Below are positions 1 to 10,208 of a DNA stretch of 64,000 nucleotides, piece after piece. The stretch spans positions 576,001 to 640,000 of the forward strand of contig CAWCMR010000025.1 in NCBI GenBank assembly GCA_963796685.1. Direction: 5' to 3'. Positions within the stretch are counted from its first letter, which is position 1, and each line of letters opens with the position of its first letter. The notes beneath the pieces are model-generated. The model was given only the letters and a program-made list of their open reading frames with translations, was not told the DNA's origin and ran no database searches. The translations under genes and the position numbers were made by a program. This stretch comes from an uncultured delta proteobacterium (GTDB taxonomy: Bacteria > Myxococcota_A > Polyangia > Fen-1088).

Positions 1-1540
1 AGTAATCGACGCCGCGCTCGTACCCGCGCTGGTCGGCGCGGTTGAAATAGCTGTAGGCGTAGAAAGCCGCCGTGGTGTAACCCAGGCCCTTCATGACCTG
101 GGCGATCATCGGCTGGGTGGGCGCGATACGCGGCCACCAAATCGACTCGTCCCAGTCGATGGCCGAAGGCCAGCGGCCCGTGGCGATGGCCGGCATCGAA
201 TAGCGCGTGGAGGGCGCGTGGGCCCAGCCGTTGACGAACAACGTGGACTCGGCGGCCAGGCGATCGATATTCGGCGAGGTCGGCCGCGCGTAGCCGTAGC
301 AGCCCAGGTGATCGGCGCGCAGGGTGTCGATGGTGACGAGCAAGAACTTCAGATCCTTCGGCACGGCGTCGGGAACCGGCTGAAACGGCGGCGAGCGCAG
401 GGCCTCGGCCGTGGCGTCCTTGCCGTCGCAGTCCTGATCGATGCCGTCGTCGGGCCAGTCGCGCGCGCCAGGATTACGCTCCGGATCGCTGTCGTCGCAG
501 TCGCCGCCGCCGAAGAAGCGCGCGTAGCCGTCGTGGTCGAAATCGGTCAGACGCTGCCCGAGGGCCAGCAGTTGGCCGCCCAGGCCGGCGTGCGCCGAAG
601 CCGCCTTGCGGGCGGGCTCGTATTCCGAGGCCGTGAAGACCGACACCAGCGCAAGAAGCGGCAAACCGATTACCAGCGCGAGATTCCAGCGTCGGGCCAG
701 AGCACGCCCGCGCAAGAGCAGCGTGAGGGCCGTTCCCGCGACGATGACTCCGACGATCACCGCCACCAAGGTCCAGGGCAGGAATTGAAAATCCTTGACC
801 CAACGCAATCGAATCAGAGCGACCACGGGCACTCCGAACAGCACGGCGGCGACGATCGCGGCCTGCCACCCGCGCACCCGCGCAAGGCGCGCGCTCGACC
901 ACGCCAGCGCGAACGGAAGCAGGCCCGACAGGCAAGCTGCCCAGGTCGCGCGTGAAGAAAGAATGTCTTTGCGCAAGGGCGCGCGCGTGCGCCACACGAG
1001 CATGAACACGCAGGCTTCGAGGACCAGGCCGAGAAGAGGCGCGAGCACGAGCACGCCGGCCGGGCTGACCGCTGGCGCAACTCCCGGCGCGGCTGACTTG
1101 GCGCGAAAACCGGGCAACGAACCGAGCACCCGGCGCAATGCCGGGCCGACAAAGGACGCCGCGAAGCCCGCCGCGAAGGTGGCCAGCACCACGACCCCGG
1201 CGGCGAGAAAGCGATTGTTGCGCTGGGCTGTACCCGTGACAGCGGCGACGGCTGCGCCCGCGGAGGCCGCCCCGGCCAAGAGCCAGCCCAGGCCACCCGC
1301 AAGCCAGCCGGACTTTCGGCCGCGCCCCCAACTTGCCACGACCAAGAGCAGCGCCAGGGCGGCACCGGCCGCCGCGGCCGCCAGTACGTCGAAGCCGAGG
1401 GTCAAGACCACGCACGCGAGCAAACCCGCGAGCTGAACATGCCCCAGAACCGCGGCCCGGAGACCGTCCGCGACGCCAACCAGCACGCCCGCCAGCACGG
1501 CGGCGCGGAGCACGACAGCGGGTAGCTTCGGAGAGGACAT
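1..1540 (-). CDS. Membrane-anchored sulfatase/LTA-synthase-like hydrolase (3' end outside window)
   Basis: Not in the ORF track because it runs off the edge. Read manually from ATG at 1540 ([18 protein letters not shown]...): several TM segments, an acidic Cys motif [27 protein letters not shown], then [30 protein letters not shown] and [14 protein letters not shown], typical of the alkaline-phosphatase/sulfatase superfamily. Confidence 0.8.
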   Translation of the reverse strand, partial: MSSPKLPAVVLRAAVLAGVLVGVADGLRAAVLGHVQLAGLLACVVLTLGFDVLAAAAAGAALALLLVVASWGRGRKSGWLAGGLGWLLAGAASAGAAVAAVTGTAQRNNRFLAAGVVVLATFAAGFAASFVGPALRRVLGSLPGFRAKSAAPGVAPAVSPAGVLVLAPLLGLVLEACVFMLVWRTRAPLRKDILSSRATWAACLSGLLPFALAWSSARLARVRGWQAAIVAAVLFGVPVVALIRLRWVKDFQFLPWTLVAVIVGVIVAGTALTLLLRGRALARRWNLALVIGLPLLALVSVFTASEYEPARKAASAHAGLGGQLLALGQRLTDFDHDGYARFFGGGDCDDSDPERNPGARDWPDDGIDQDCDGKDATAEALRSPPFQPVPDAVPKDLKFLLVTIDTLRADHLGCYGYARPTSPNIDRLAAESTLFVNGWAHAPSTRYSMPAIATGRWPSAIDWDESIWWPRIAPTQPMIAQVMKGLGYTTAAFYAYSYFNRADQRGYERGVDY

Positions 1541-1714
1541 CGACTTTACTGCTAGCAGGGATTGCCCCCAGGTCAAAGCAGGTTAGGAGCAGAAGACGAC
1601 GAAGAGGAGACCGGAGAGCCAACCGCGTCGGTGTGGTTGGCGAGGGAGACGTTCGATGACTCGTGGACAAGCTGTGGGTAGCGCGGAATCTGCCCTCCTT
1701 GCTACTATTTCTCC

Positions 1715-2167
1715 GTGACGATCTTCGAGGAACTACGCGCGGTGTTAGCTGCGCTCGACCAGGCCGGGGTGGAATATGCGCTGGTTGGCGGATTGGCCGT
1801 CGCAGTCTGGGGGGCACCGCGGGCCACGAAGGACATCGACTTGCTCGTCCAACCGGCCGATCTATCGAGAGCCATGGCCTCCGTGCGCACGCGCGGATTC
1901 ACCCTCGAAGCCTTGCCCTTCGAGTTCAAGGACGGCACGACCCTCCATCGGGTGAGCAAGGTGGACGAGCAAGGCAACCTCATGACCCTGGATTTCATTC
2001 TCGTCGACCACAACCTCGCCCCCGCATGGGCGAGCCGGTCATCGCTTCCACTTGGGACCGAACACGTCGTCGTCATCTCACGCGAGGCCCTGATCGCGAT
2101 GAAGGCTCTCGCGGCCAGACCCCAGGACCTCGCGGACATCCAAAATCTCAAGGATGGCGATCGATGA
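1715..2167 (+). CDS. Nucleotidyltransferase-family protein (DUF6036/AbiEii-like)
   Basis: YALVGGLAVAVWGAPRATKDIDLLV (GG..DxD NTase motif); C-terminal LIAMKALAARPQDLADI. Confidence 0.8.
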   Translation: MTIFEELRAVLAALDQAGVEYALVGGLAVAVWGAPRATKDIDLLVQPADLSRAMASVRTRGFTLEALPFEFKDGTTLHRVSKVDEQGNLMTLDFILVDHNLAPAWASRSSLPLGTEHVVVISREALIAMKALAARPQDLADIQNLKDGDR

Positions 2168-2370
2168 GCATCGACATGTCGGGGCAAGCCATCGAAGCGC
2201 GATTGCGTAAGGCCAGTCGGATGGTCGGCTCGCTACGACCGGAGTCGCGTCTGGACACGAAGCTGGACCTGAGCGGCGCCGCGGTTGCCGCCCGCCTCAA
2301 GGAGGCGTCCGACCTGCTCGACCTGTGCCGGTCGTTGGCGCGCGCTCAGCAAGTTACCGGCCCAGCCTGA
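2164..2370 (+). CDS. Small 68-aa partner protein with internal duplication
   Basis: ATGA overlap with the NTase stop; MSIDMSGQAIEARLRKAS...LDLSGAAVAARLKEASDLLDLCRSL. Confidence 0.65.
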   Translation: MSIDMSGQAIEARLRKASRMVGSLRPESRLDTKLDLSGAAVAARLKEASDLLDLCRSLARAQQVTGPA

Positions 2371-2481
2371 GCTTCGCCGCCAGCCATCCACGGCACACAC
2401 GCTCTGCCGCGCATCCCGCCCGATAACCTGCCAGGTGAGGCCGAGCACGACGACCGGTTCGACGCCGACCTGGAGACGCTC

Positions 2482-3698
2482 GTGCGCTCGTTGCGGCATG
2501 CAACTCGCGCAAGGCTGCCGTTGCCGCCACGTGAAAAGAGCCGCCTGACCGCAGTACGACAGCCGCCGCCCTGGGAGCGGTTGTTGGATCAGGCGAGGCA
2601 ACAGGCTGGCCCAGAACCGGTGGTGGCCCGCCCGGTGGCGCGCGTGCTCCTGTACGTCGTCGACGCGGTACGGAGCAGCGGTGGCGATCTCGTGCTTTTG
2701 GTGATGGAGCGGTCGCAGCGCAAGGATGGCAAGTGGGGCAAGGAGAAACGCGCGCGCGTGCCTATCGCCGAGCTGCCGCTGCTGGCCGACGAGCACGACC
2801 GCGAGATCCTCCCGTTGCTCCAAACCGCCAGCGGTCCCAGCAGTAGCTATTACTACGGGTACACGGCACCCACCTTTGTCAGCGAGGTTCGCGTGCCTGC
2901 GGACATGGTCGCCATGCTGATGCCGCGACTTTCAGCGACCGGGCGGCTGCACATGCGCACCGGCCCGGACGAGATGAAGCCCGCGAGCTACGACGGCGAG
3001 CGCGCCTGGGAGCTTGCGCTGGTGGTCGAGCGCGACGCCGCTCGACCTTACACGGACGTGGTGGGCCAGCTCCGACGGGGCGACGAATGCGTGGATCTCG
3101 CCGTTCCTCTGGTGCTGGCCCGGGCGGGCTGGCTCTTGTTTCCGGATTGCGTCTCCCGGTTCGAGCATTTCCACGCCTTCGGCATGGTGGCCACCCTGTG
3201 CGAGCACCAGCGCATCCGGGTACCGCGCGGCCAGGAAGATAAGCTGCTCGCCAAGCTCCTGGCACTGCCCGGCTTGCCGCGCCTCGTGCTGCCCGCCGAG
3301 CTCGCGCTGCGCGAGATCGCGGTGCCACCGCAACCGGTCCTCAAGATCGGTCCCCCCGACCAGCGCTCGCGCTGGCGCACCTCGGACGATCGGCCGGTGG
3401 CCGAGCTGCTCTTCGACTACCAGGGGGCGTGGGCCTGAATCTCACCGCCGCCGACTACGTCTTCATCCTCGACCCCTGGTGGAACCCCGCCGTCGAAGCG
3501 CAGGCCGTGGATCGCGCCCACCGCATCGGACAGGGCAAGCGCGTGTTCGTCTATCGCCTGCTGGCCAATGAAACCGTCGAGGAGAAGGTCGCGGCGCTCC
3601 AGGAATCGAAGCGCGGGCTCGCGGAATCGATCATCACCGGCGACAACAGCCTGCTACGCGAGCTCGACCGCGAGACCCTGGAGGCGCTGCTGGGCTAG
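2482..3698 (+). pseudogene. SNF2-family helicase remnant with large internal deletion
   Basis: N-terminal SNF2-associated region (2482-3438) joins out of frame at ~3425 directly to the helicase C-terminus [36 protein letters not shown]. No Walker A or DEAQ motifs are present. Confidence 0.75.
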
Positions 3699-3732
3699 CG
3701 GATACAAACGAGGGCGACTTGCCCCCTTACGC

Positions 3733-5670
3733 TCATTCGATCGGCCCTTGATTCTTCTTGGGCTTGACGAATCGGGGTGGCGCCTTGACCGGCCCGAGCG
3801 GCGAGCGATGGAGCAGCACCGGCAGGACCTTGCCGCTGGTGACGATCTCCATGTGTCCCAAGTCGGACGCGATTTCGAGCACAGGCGTCTTGCGCTCGGC
3901 TGGGGTCAGATCGCGGTAGGTTTCGGGCAGGCTCGCCCGCCGCGTGGCAGCGGAAACTTTTTCGAGAAACGACGCCACGCGGTTGGCGGTGTCCTTGGAG
4001 ACCAAGGTCATGCGCGGCTCTTCGCCGCTCGGCTGGCGCGCGAGCCAAGCCTGGAACTTGTCGTCCATCCCGTAGAGCGCATCGAGGAGGATGAAGTCGT
4101 CGACCTTTGCGCCATCCTTGTCTTGCTCTTGCGCCCAACTTCCGAGGGTGCGCCACGCGCCGCTGTGCCCGACCGCGACGATGGGTCCGCGCGCCTTGAT
4201 GCCGGCAAGCTGCCGCTCGACCTCTTTGAGCAGCTCGGAAAGCACGGGCCAGAACACCTCTTCGTTGCCGCCGCTCGGAGCCTCGGGAACGATGAACAGC
4301 GCGTTCAGCTTGCTGGCCGCGAACTGTTCGGCCAGGGCGTGCTGCACCCAGGCCCCGTCCACGTTGGTGTAGTAGCCGTGCACGTAGAGCACGGTGCCGG
4401 CGCTGGTGGGGTCGTAGCCGCGCGGCCGCCACACATGAATGGGCCCCTTGTCGGTTTGCAGGCGCCAGTGGGCGCCGCCCGACACCTGATCCGTCGCCGG
4501 CTCCGAGGTCTCGGTCGCCGCGGCCTTGCCGGTCCGCCTGGTCACCATCATGTGTCCGTGTCCATCGATGTCGGGATAGCCGAAATAGAAGGGCAGCATG
4601 CGTTTGGGGCTGGCCTGCCACAGGGTCAGAAACTCGCTCTTGATATGGGAATGCTTGGCCAGGAACGGCCCGTGAAACTGGCCGTAGCACTCCTGCTCGA
4701 AGCCGGCCGCGCGCGCCAGCGACGGCTGGATACCGGTCGAGTCGGAGATCATCCACGCCGCGTGGTCGAGCAAATAGGAACGGATGTGCGAGAAGGTGTC
4801 GAACCAAAGCAGGTAGCTGGCGGCCTTGATCAGCACCGATACGTTACCTTTGGCGGTCAGATACAAAGCGAGCGGGCGGTTGGCCAGGAAATGCGCGTCG
4901 TCCAAGTTCGCAGCGATGTGTCGGTACACGCGCAGCGGCGCCTTGGCATCTTGGCGCGGCCGGAAGGTGATCTCCACATTGGCAAAGGGGTTGGGGGCAT
5001 CCTTTGCCCGCGGCACACCGACCGCCGGCAACTCGCTCGCCGAGAGGTAGGTCAACTTTCCCTGCTCACCCAGACGGAAATAGCGCAGCGACACCGGCAC
5101 GTAGTCGAAGACCGAGAAGGCCACCAGGGCAAAGGCGATTTCGCCGGGCAGCGAGGAATGCGAGCCGGCCTTGAGGTTGGTCGTCTTGGAGTGGCTGACC
5201 GCAAAGAGGCAACGCAGGTGCTCGAGGGTGGAATCCAAGCTGGTCTTGAGCTGCCTACCCGTGAGCGATTCCAGCCCGCGCACATCGCCGGCGGCCTCCA
5301 GGGAAATGGTGGTGAATTCGTCGGCATTGGGGAAGGTTGCCAGCGCGGTCACCAAGTCGCCGCCGCCAAAGGGATAGACCACGGACTTGGGCAAGTCGGC
5401 CGGAACGACGCGTGAAAGAAATGGCCGCGTGCGCTCGATCCAATGTGCATGGTATTTGGCGGTCTGCTCGCGCAGCATCGCGCAGTGGTGCTCGAGCAAC
5501 GGAGCAGGCCAGCCCGCCGGCATCTCCGCGTCACCCGCGCAGGCGACCAGATGGTAAAGCAGTCGCGCCTCGACGATGAAATCGGTGCCATCCTGGCCGG
5601 CGACTTCGGGCTTGGTGGGCTCGGCGTGCCCGGCCGAAGCCGGTCCCAGGCAGCCCAGCAACACAAGCAT
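3733..5670 (-). CDS. Secreted two-domain hypothetical protein with C-terminal alpha/beta-hydrolase-like domain
   Basis: C-terminal part of ORF 3733..6717. Signal-like MLVLLGCLGPASAGHAE; conserved-looking VVYPFGGGDL domain; C-terminal VLYVHGYY, AVGHSGA, ILLDALYG. Start uncertain (5670 or 5763). Confidence 0.65.
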   Translation of the reverse strand: MLVLLGCLGPASAGHAEPTKPEVAGQDGTDFIVEARLLYHLVACAGDAEMPAGWPAPLLEHHCAMLREQTAKYHAHWIERTRPFLSRVVPADLPKSVVYPFGGGDLVTALATFPNADEFTTISLEAAGDVRGLESLTGRQLKTSLDSTLEHLRCLFAVSHSKTTNLKAGSHSSLPGEIAFALVAFSVFDYVPVSLRYFRLGEQGKLTYLSASELPAVGVPRAKDAPNPFANVEITFRPRQDAKAPLRVYRHIAANLDDAHFLANRPLALYLTAKGNVSVLIKAASYLLWFDTFSHIRSYLLDHAAWMISDSTGIQPSLARAAGFEQECYGQFHGPFLAKHSHIKSEFLTLWQASPKRMLPFYFGYPDIDGHGHMMVTRRTGKAAATETSEPATDQVSGGAHWRLQTDKGPIHVWRPRGYDPTSAGTVLYVHGYYTNVDGAWVQHALAEQFAASKLNALFIVPEAPSGGNEEVFWPVLSELLKEVERQLAGIKARGPIVAVGHSGAWRTLGSWAQEQDKDGAKVDDFILLDALYGMDDKFQAWLARQPSGEEPRMTLVSKDTANRVASFLEKVSAATRRASLPETYRDLTPAERKTPVLEIASDLGHMEIVTSGKVLPVLLHRSPLGPVKAPPRFVKPKKNQGPIE

Positions 5671-5862
5671 CAGGCGAAAGTGACGCGGACACCTCGCGCG
5701 ATGTTTCCCATCGTGTTTCCGATCGCATTTCCGACGAAGCACGCGGCGCAATCTACCCCACATGGTTCGAGGCGACCATAATCCCACGATAGCCGCAGAA
5801 GGTCGTGGCCGTGGTCGCGGTCGTGGTCTTGGATCGTCGGTACCATGGGGTAGACTCCAACC

Positions 5863-6420
5863 ATGCGGCCTGCCAGCTACGAGGACATCCTTCGGCTGCC
5901 AGACAACGTGGTCGGCGAAATCGTCTACGGCGAGCTGGTTGTCTCGCCTCGACCTGGACCAAGGCATGCACTCGCGAGCTCGACTCTCGGTATTGAAATC
6001 GGTGGTCCGTTCAGCCGTGGGCATGGCGGGCCTGGCGGCTGGATCATCCTCGACGAACCCGAGCTTCACCTCGGCCCGCAGGTTCTGGTCCCTGACTTGG
6101 CCGGCTGGCGGCGCGAGCGCATGCCGGCCCTTCCTGACGCCGCATGGTTCACCCTCGTGCCCGACTGGGTGTGTGAAGTTCTCTCGCCCTCTACGGCCAT
6201 TGTCGATCGCACCGGGAAGCAGGACATCTATCGCGAGCAGGGAGCTCCCTGGCTGTGGTTCGTGGACCCGGCCGCCCACACCATCGAAGCTCTCAGCCGC
6301 GCCGAGGCGCACTGGATCCTCGCCGGCTCGTTCGGTGGCAGCGGCGAAAGGCGCATTCCGCCTTTCGATGCCGTTCCTATTGACGTCGGTGCCCTCTGGG
6401 ACAACCCTGGGGCGCCCTAG
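5863..6420 (+). CDS. Uma2 (DUF820) family endonuclease-fold protein
   Basis: EIVYGELVVSPRP, LVPDLAGWRRER, PDWVCEVLSPST, WFVDP. Confidence 0.9.
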   Translation: MRPASYEDILRLPDNVVGEIVYGELVVSPRPGPRHALASSTLGIEIGGPFSRGHGGPGGWIILDEPELHLGPQVLVPDLAGWRRERMPALPDAAWFTLVPDWVCEVLSPSTAIVDRTGKQDIYREQGAPWLWFVDPAAHTIEALSRAEAHWILAGSFGGSGERRIPPFDAVPIDVGALWDNPGAP

Positions 6421-6741
6421 CACAGACGTCGCCCGCAACCCAAGGCTTCCGGCTCCAGGCTTCGGGTTTTCTGGTCGAGAGTAGCGCTCCTCGGCCAGGC
6501 TCGGACCGGTGGTACGCGCCCTGCCACACCTTGGAAACCGTGAGCGCGCGTTGTCTGCCTCTTGTGCTGGGAGCTCGGCCAGATAACGGAATCGCGACGC
6601 TCGCGCCACTGCACGAACAATGGAGCTTCTCTGCCGAGTAGTCATGAACAGGTTTGGTGCGTCAACCTCGGAGTTGGCGTTCGACGAGGAGTGCACAGAG
6701 CGCTCCATGCAGAACACGATGGCTTCAGCTTGGAGGTTTTC

Positions 6742-8184
6742 ATGCGCCTAGCACGATTCAATAGGGTCGCTCTCTCACTCTTCCTTGGGTTCCTCGGGTG
6801 TTCCTCAGGAACCGGAGGTACTGCCGGCCAAGGAGGTGCTAGCACCAATGGCGGCACCTCGGGCAAGGGCGGTGCGACCGGCTCGGGCGGTGCGACCAGC
6901 TCGGGCGGTGTGACCGGCTCGGGCGGTGCGACCAGCTCGGGCGGTGCGACCGGCTCGGGCGGCGTGACTGGGAGTGGTGGCCACGGCTCGGGCGGCGCGA
7001 CCGTTGCGGGCGGCGCGAGCGGTTCGGGTGGCACGACCAGCTCAGGTGGCACGACCAGCCTGGGTGGTGCGACTGGCGGTGGCGGTGCGACAGGCTCGGG
7101 CGGCGCGACTGGTTCGAGTGGCGCGACAGGCTCGGGCGGCGCGACCGGCTTGGGCGGCGCGACCGGCTTGGGCGGCGCGACCGGCTTGGGCGGCGCGACT
7201 GGCTTGGGTGGCGCGACTGGCTTGGGCGGCGCGACCGGCTTGGGCGGCACTACCGGAGGCCTCTCCGCCGCGGTTCCGAGCAAGGGATGTGGCAAGACCG
7301 ATGGTGCGAAAACGGTGACGACCGGCGGCTCGTCGATTTCAGGCGGTCTTTCCACGTCGACCCGACTCAAGATCACGAGCGGCGGAGCGAGTCACGAATA
7401 CATCATCGACATTCCGGCGGATTACGATCCGACGCACCCGTATCGCCTGATCTTTTCCTGGTACCAGGCGTATGGTTCGGACACCGGCAATGCGACCGGC
7501 CTACATCCCGCCAATGATGGTCCCAACTTCAACGCAACCGACTATGCCTATTACGGCCTCCAGCGCGAAGCGACCGCGGCGAAACAGCCAGCCATCTTCA
7601 TAGCGCCCGCAGGGAGCGGCAACACGCCCTGGGATTTCACGCGAGACAGTGTCCTCTTCGACGACATTCTCGCCTTCGTCGACGCGAACCTGTGCATCGA
7701 CGACAGCAGGGTTTTTTCCACGGGCTTCAGCTTCGGAGCGATGATGACCTATGCCCTGTCGATCACGCGTCAGACGAAGCTTCGCGCGGTGGTTGCCATG
7801 GCGGCGGCCAACTACAACCTTCCCGGTGAGCCGACGGATTCCAATGCGGCGCCCATCGCGTACATGGGTACGGTCGGCATGAGTGATGGAACCTGTCCTT
7901 ACGTCAACTCGGATTCGAGCAAGACGGGCGGAAAATGGTGCGCGATTACCCACGCCCAGGACAATGGCTGCACGATTCCTACGACCATCCCAACCACAAC
8001 GGTCGGCAGCAAGAAATATCTCTGCTACGATTTCGAAGGGTGCAAGGCGGGTTATCCCGTCAAGATGTGCACGTTCGATGGCCCACACACCCCATCGGTC
8101 GTGGATGACGGGTCCAACACCGGGGATGACGGCCTGAAGGCCTTCATTCCACCGCTGGCCTGGCAGTTCATCACGCAGTTCTAA
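6742..8184 (+). CDS. Lipoprotein with Gly/Ser/Thr linker and feruloyl-esterase/PHB-depolymerase-like (CE1-like) domain
   Basis: GGAGG RBS; lipobox FLGC; long GGATG linker; PSKGCG, CIDDSRVFSTGFSFGAMM (GxSxG), FDGPH, WQFITQF. Confidence 0.8.
   Translation: MRLARFNRVALSLFLGFLGCSSGTGGTAGQGGASTNGGTSGKGGATGSGGATSSGGVTGSGGATSSGGATGSGGVTGSGGHGSGGATVAGGASGSGGTTSSGGTTSLGGATGGGGATGSGGATGSSGATGSGGATGLGGATGLGGATGLGGATGLGGATGLGGATGLGGTTGGLSAAVPSKGCGKTDGAKTVTTGGSSISGGLSTSTRLKITSGGASHEYIIDIPADYDPTHPYRLIFSWYQAYGSDTGNATGLHPANDGPNFNATDYAYYGLQREATAAKQPAIFIAPAGSGNTPWDFTRDSVLFDDILAFVDANLCIDDSRVFSTGFSFGAMMTYALSITRQTKLRAVVAMAAANYNLPGEPTDSNAAPIAYMGTVGMSDGTCPYVNSDSSKTGGKWCAITHAQDNGCTIPTTIPTTTVGSKKYLCYDFEGCKAGYPVKMCTFDGPHTPSVVDDGSNTGDDGLKAFIPPLAWQFITQF
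6868..7250 (+). repeat. 18-bp coding tandem repeat (GGATG[S/L])n
   Basis: Repeated GGCGGCGCGACCGGCT(T/C)G units encoding the linker. Confidence 0.85.
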
Positions 8185-8562
8185 TCTCGCGCCAGTTCCG
8201 CGGCTACACCTATCCACGACTCGCCGATATCCCGGGTTTCGAGCGGACCCTGTACCACGACCAGCTCATGCTCCCCAAGGGACCTGAACTCCGGGGAGAA
8301 CTACACGGATGCCGTCGCACACGACCTGTGGCCCGCCGGCCCCGCTCTCGTGCTGGGGCCGCCCGCCAGGGGACTTCCACCGCCCATGACGTGAGCTCGC
8401 GGGATTCGCCCTCGCCCGCCTGGTCGGTGCCTCCTGCTTCGGCGTTCGCCGCATCTGGCGTGGGCGGCGCTGGGGGGGTCGGCACCACCTTGGCGCGATC
8501 CTTGGCCGTGGTCGTCGCGGCCAGGCCCGGCCTGGTACACTCCCGGCCACACCTTGGAAACC

Positions 8563-9105
8563 ATGAGCACGCGCATTCTCTGCCTCGGCAACGAGCTCGT
8601 CCGGGACGATGGGGTCGGCATACGCATCGGGCAAATCCTGATGAAGCTGCGCTTGCCTGCCGACGTGCGCGTCGAGCTGGCTCCCCAGTTGGGCTTCGAT
8701 CTGCTCGAGGTCGTCGCCGGGGCCGAGCGCGTGGTGCTGGTGGATGCCATGGCCACGGGACGCGCGCCCGGAACCTGCGTCACCCTCGACGGCCGAGCCA
8801 TCGAGCATTACAGCGCCGGCGCCTCGGCCTCGCACAGCATCGGCATCGCCGAGCTGATGGATCTGGCGCACCGCCTGGCGCCGGCCCGCGCGGCTGCTTC
8901 CCTGCATTTCGTGGGCGTGGAAGGCATCGCGTTCGGCGAATACGGGACCGACCTGAGCCCCGAGGTCGAAGCGGCCATCCCCGAGGCGGTGGAAGCCGTT
9001 CTTCGGCTGGTTGGCGCGAACGCCGCGCTCCTGGCGGCCGGGAAAGCCGCCGCTCTGAGCAGCGAGGCGCTGCGACCCGGCATCCTCGGCGAGCCCGTTC
9101 CGTAG
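8563..9105 (+). CDS. [NiFe]-hydrogenase maturation protease (HyaD/HycI family)
   Basis: ILCLGNELVRDDGVG, VVLVDAM, SASHSIGI, FVGVEG, LSPEVEAAIP. Confidence 0.9.
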   Translation: MSTRILCLGNELVRDDGVGIRIGQILMKLRLPADVRVELAPQLGFDLLEVVAGAERVVLVDAMATGRAPGTCVTLDGRAIEHYSAGASASHSIGIAELMDLAHRLAPARAAASLHFVGVEGIAFGEYGTDLSPEVEAAIPEAVEAVLRLVGANAALLAAGKAAALSSEALRPGILGEPVP

Positions 9106-9221
9106 ATTCGGCGAGGGGCTCCGCTCCCCTGCGTGCGACCGAGCGGTGGCGGTTTGCATCCAAGAGACGCGGGACGAAAAGCGCGCTCACCATTCAACGA
9201 CGTCACGCGGAAGCTCCCGCC

Positions 9222-10157
9222 ATGGATGTACTTCGTTCGGACATACCCTTGCCGACTCGCAGCAGGTTGAAAACCTTTCTGCGCGTGGCCGGCTGCCTCG
9301 TCGTCGGCGCGAGCGCCTATCTGTTCGTCCGACACATCGACGGTCACGCCCTGCTGCACGCCCTCGGCCAGGCCCACCTCTCGCTGCTTGCCGTCGCCGG
9401 TCTGCTCTCACTCGGGCAGCTCGCCTGCCGGGCCAGCGTGTTTCGCACCCTGCTCTTCCCGGTGATCGCCCTTCCCTGGTGGCACGTCCAGCGCTTCATG
9501 CTCGCCACGATGGCGACCACCGCGGTGGTGCCGGGCCGTGCTGGCGAGTTCGTGCGCGCCTATCTGCTCAAACGCGACGACAAGGTGGCGGTGGCTTCGA
9601 CGGCAGCGGTGGCCGCGGTCGAGAAGGGGCTGGAGGTCCTGACGCTTTTTCTCGTCATTGCACCCGTGCCGTTCCTGTTGCAGCATTTCCCCGCATGGGT
9701 CGGTAAGGCAATCCTATGCGCGGCGGGCATCGCGGCCGGCCTGCTGTCGGTGATCGTGCTGCTCGCCACCCGAACCCGACCACCACGCTGGCTGGCTTCG
9801 TTCAGCGCCGGTCTCGAGATCGTTAGGCGCCCGTTGCTCTTCGGCAAGGCCCTGTTGATGGAGCTCGGCAGTTGGCTGCTCGATTTCGCGTGTATCCTGT
9901 TGGTGATGCGAGCTGTCGGGGTCTCCGCGCCCGCCGCTTCTGGCCTGCTCGTCCTGCTTGCCGTGAACCTGGCCATCGCGGTTCCCGTGGTACCGGGCAA
10001 CCTCGGCACGTTCGAGTTGGGCGCGCTCGCCGGGCTTCAGTCCTTTGGTGTGTCCCCCGCGCTCGGCCTCGCCGTCGGGTTGCTCTATCACATGGCGCAA
10101 GTGCTTCCCATCGCGACCCTGGCCCTCCTCGACAGCCGATTCGTCGTCAGAAAATGA
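9222..10157 (+). CDS. Lysylphosphatidylglycerol synthase TM-domain (flippase-like) protein
   Basis: Multi-TM; VPGRAGEFVRAYLL and PVVPGNLGTFE motifs; C-terminal part of ORF 8268..10157. Confidence 0.85.
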   Translation: MDVLRSDIPLPTRSRLKTFLRVAGCLVVGASAYLFVRHIDGHALLHALGQAHLSLLAVAGLLSLGQLACRASVFRTLLFPVIALPWWHVQRFMLATMATTAVVPGRAGEFVRAYLLKRDDKVAVASTAAVAAVEKGLEVLTLFLVIAPVPFLLQHFPAWVGKAILCAAGIAAGLLSVIVLLATRTRPPRWLASFSAGLEIVRRPLLFGKALLMELGSWLLDFACILLVMRAVGVSAPAASGLLVLLAVNLAIAVPVVPGNLGTFELGALAGLQSFGVSPALGLAVGLLYHMAQVLPIATLALLDSRFVVRK

Positions 10158-10208
10158 CGCGGCGTGGTTTGCAAGTGTTCACGCCACTCTCGCGAAAGTC
10201 CAGTTCTC

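Noticed and set aside
5671-6717. N-terminal 349 aa of the 994-aa ORF
   Set aside because: Antisense to the Uma2 gene; the real start is likely at the signal peptide near 5670-5763.
6868-7250. Long tandem repeat as a non-coding array
   Set aside because: In-frame 18-bp units that encode the GGATG linker of the esterase.
8185-8520. Small ORF or gene remnant between the esterase and the protease
   Set aside because: Protein-like fragments occur in several frames, but there is no start, RBS or recognisable motif.
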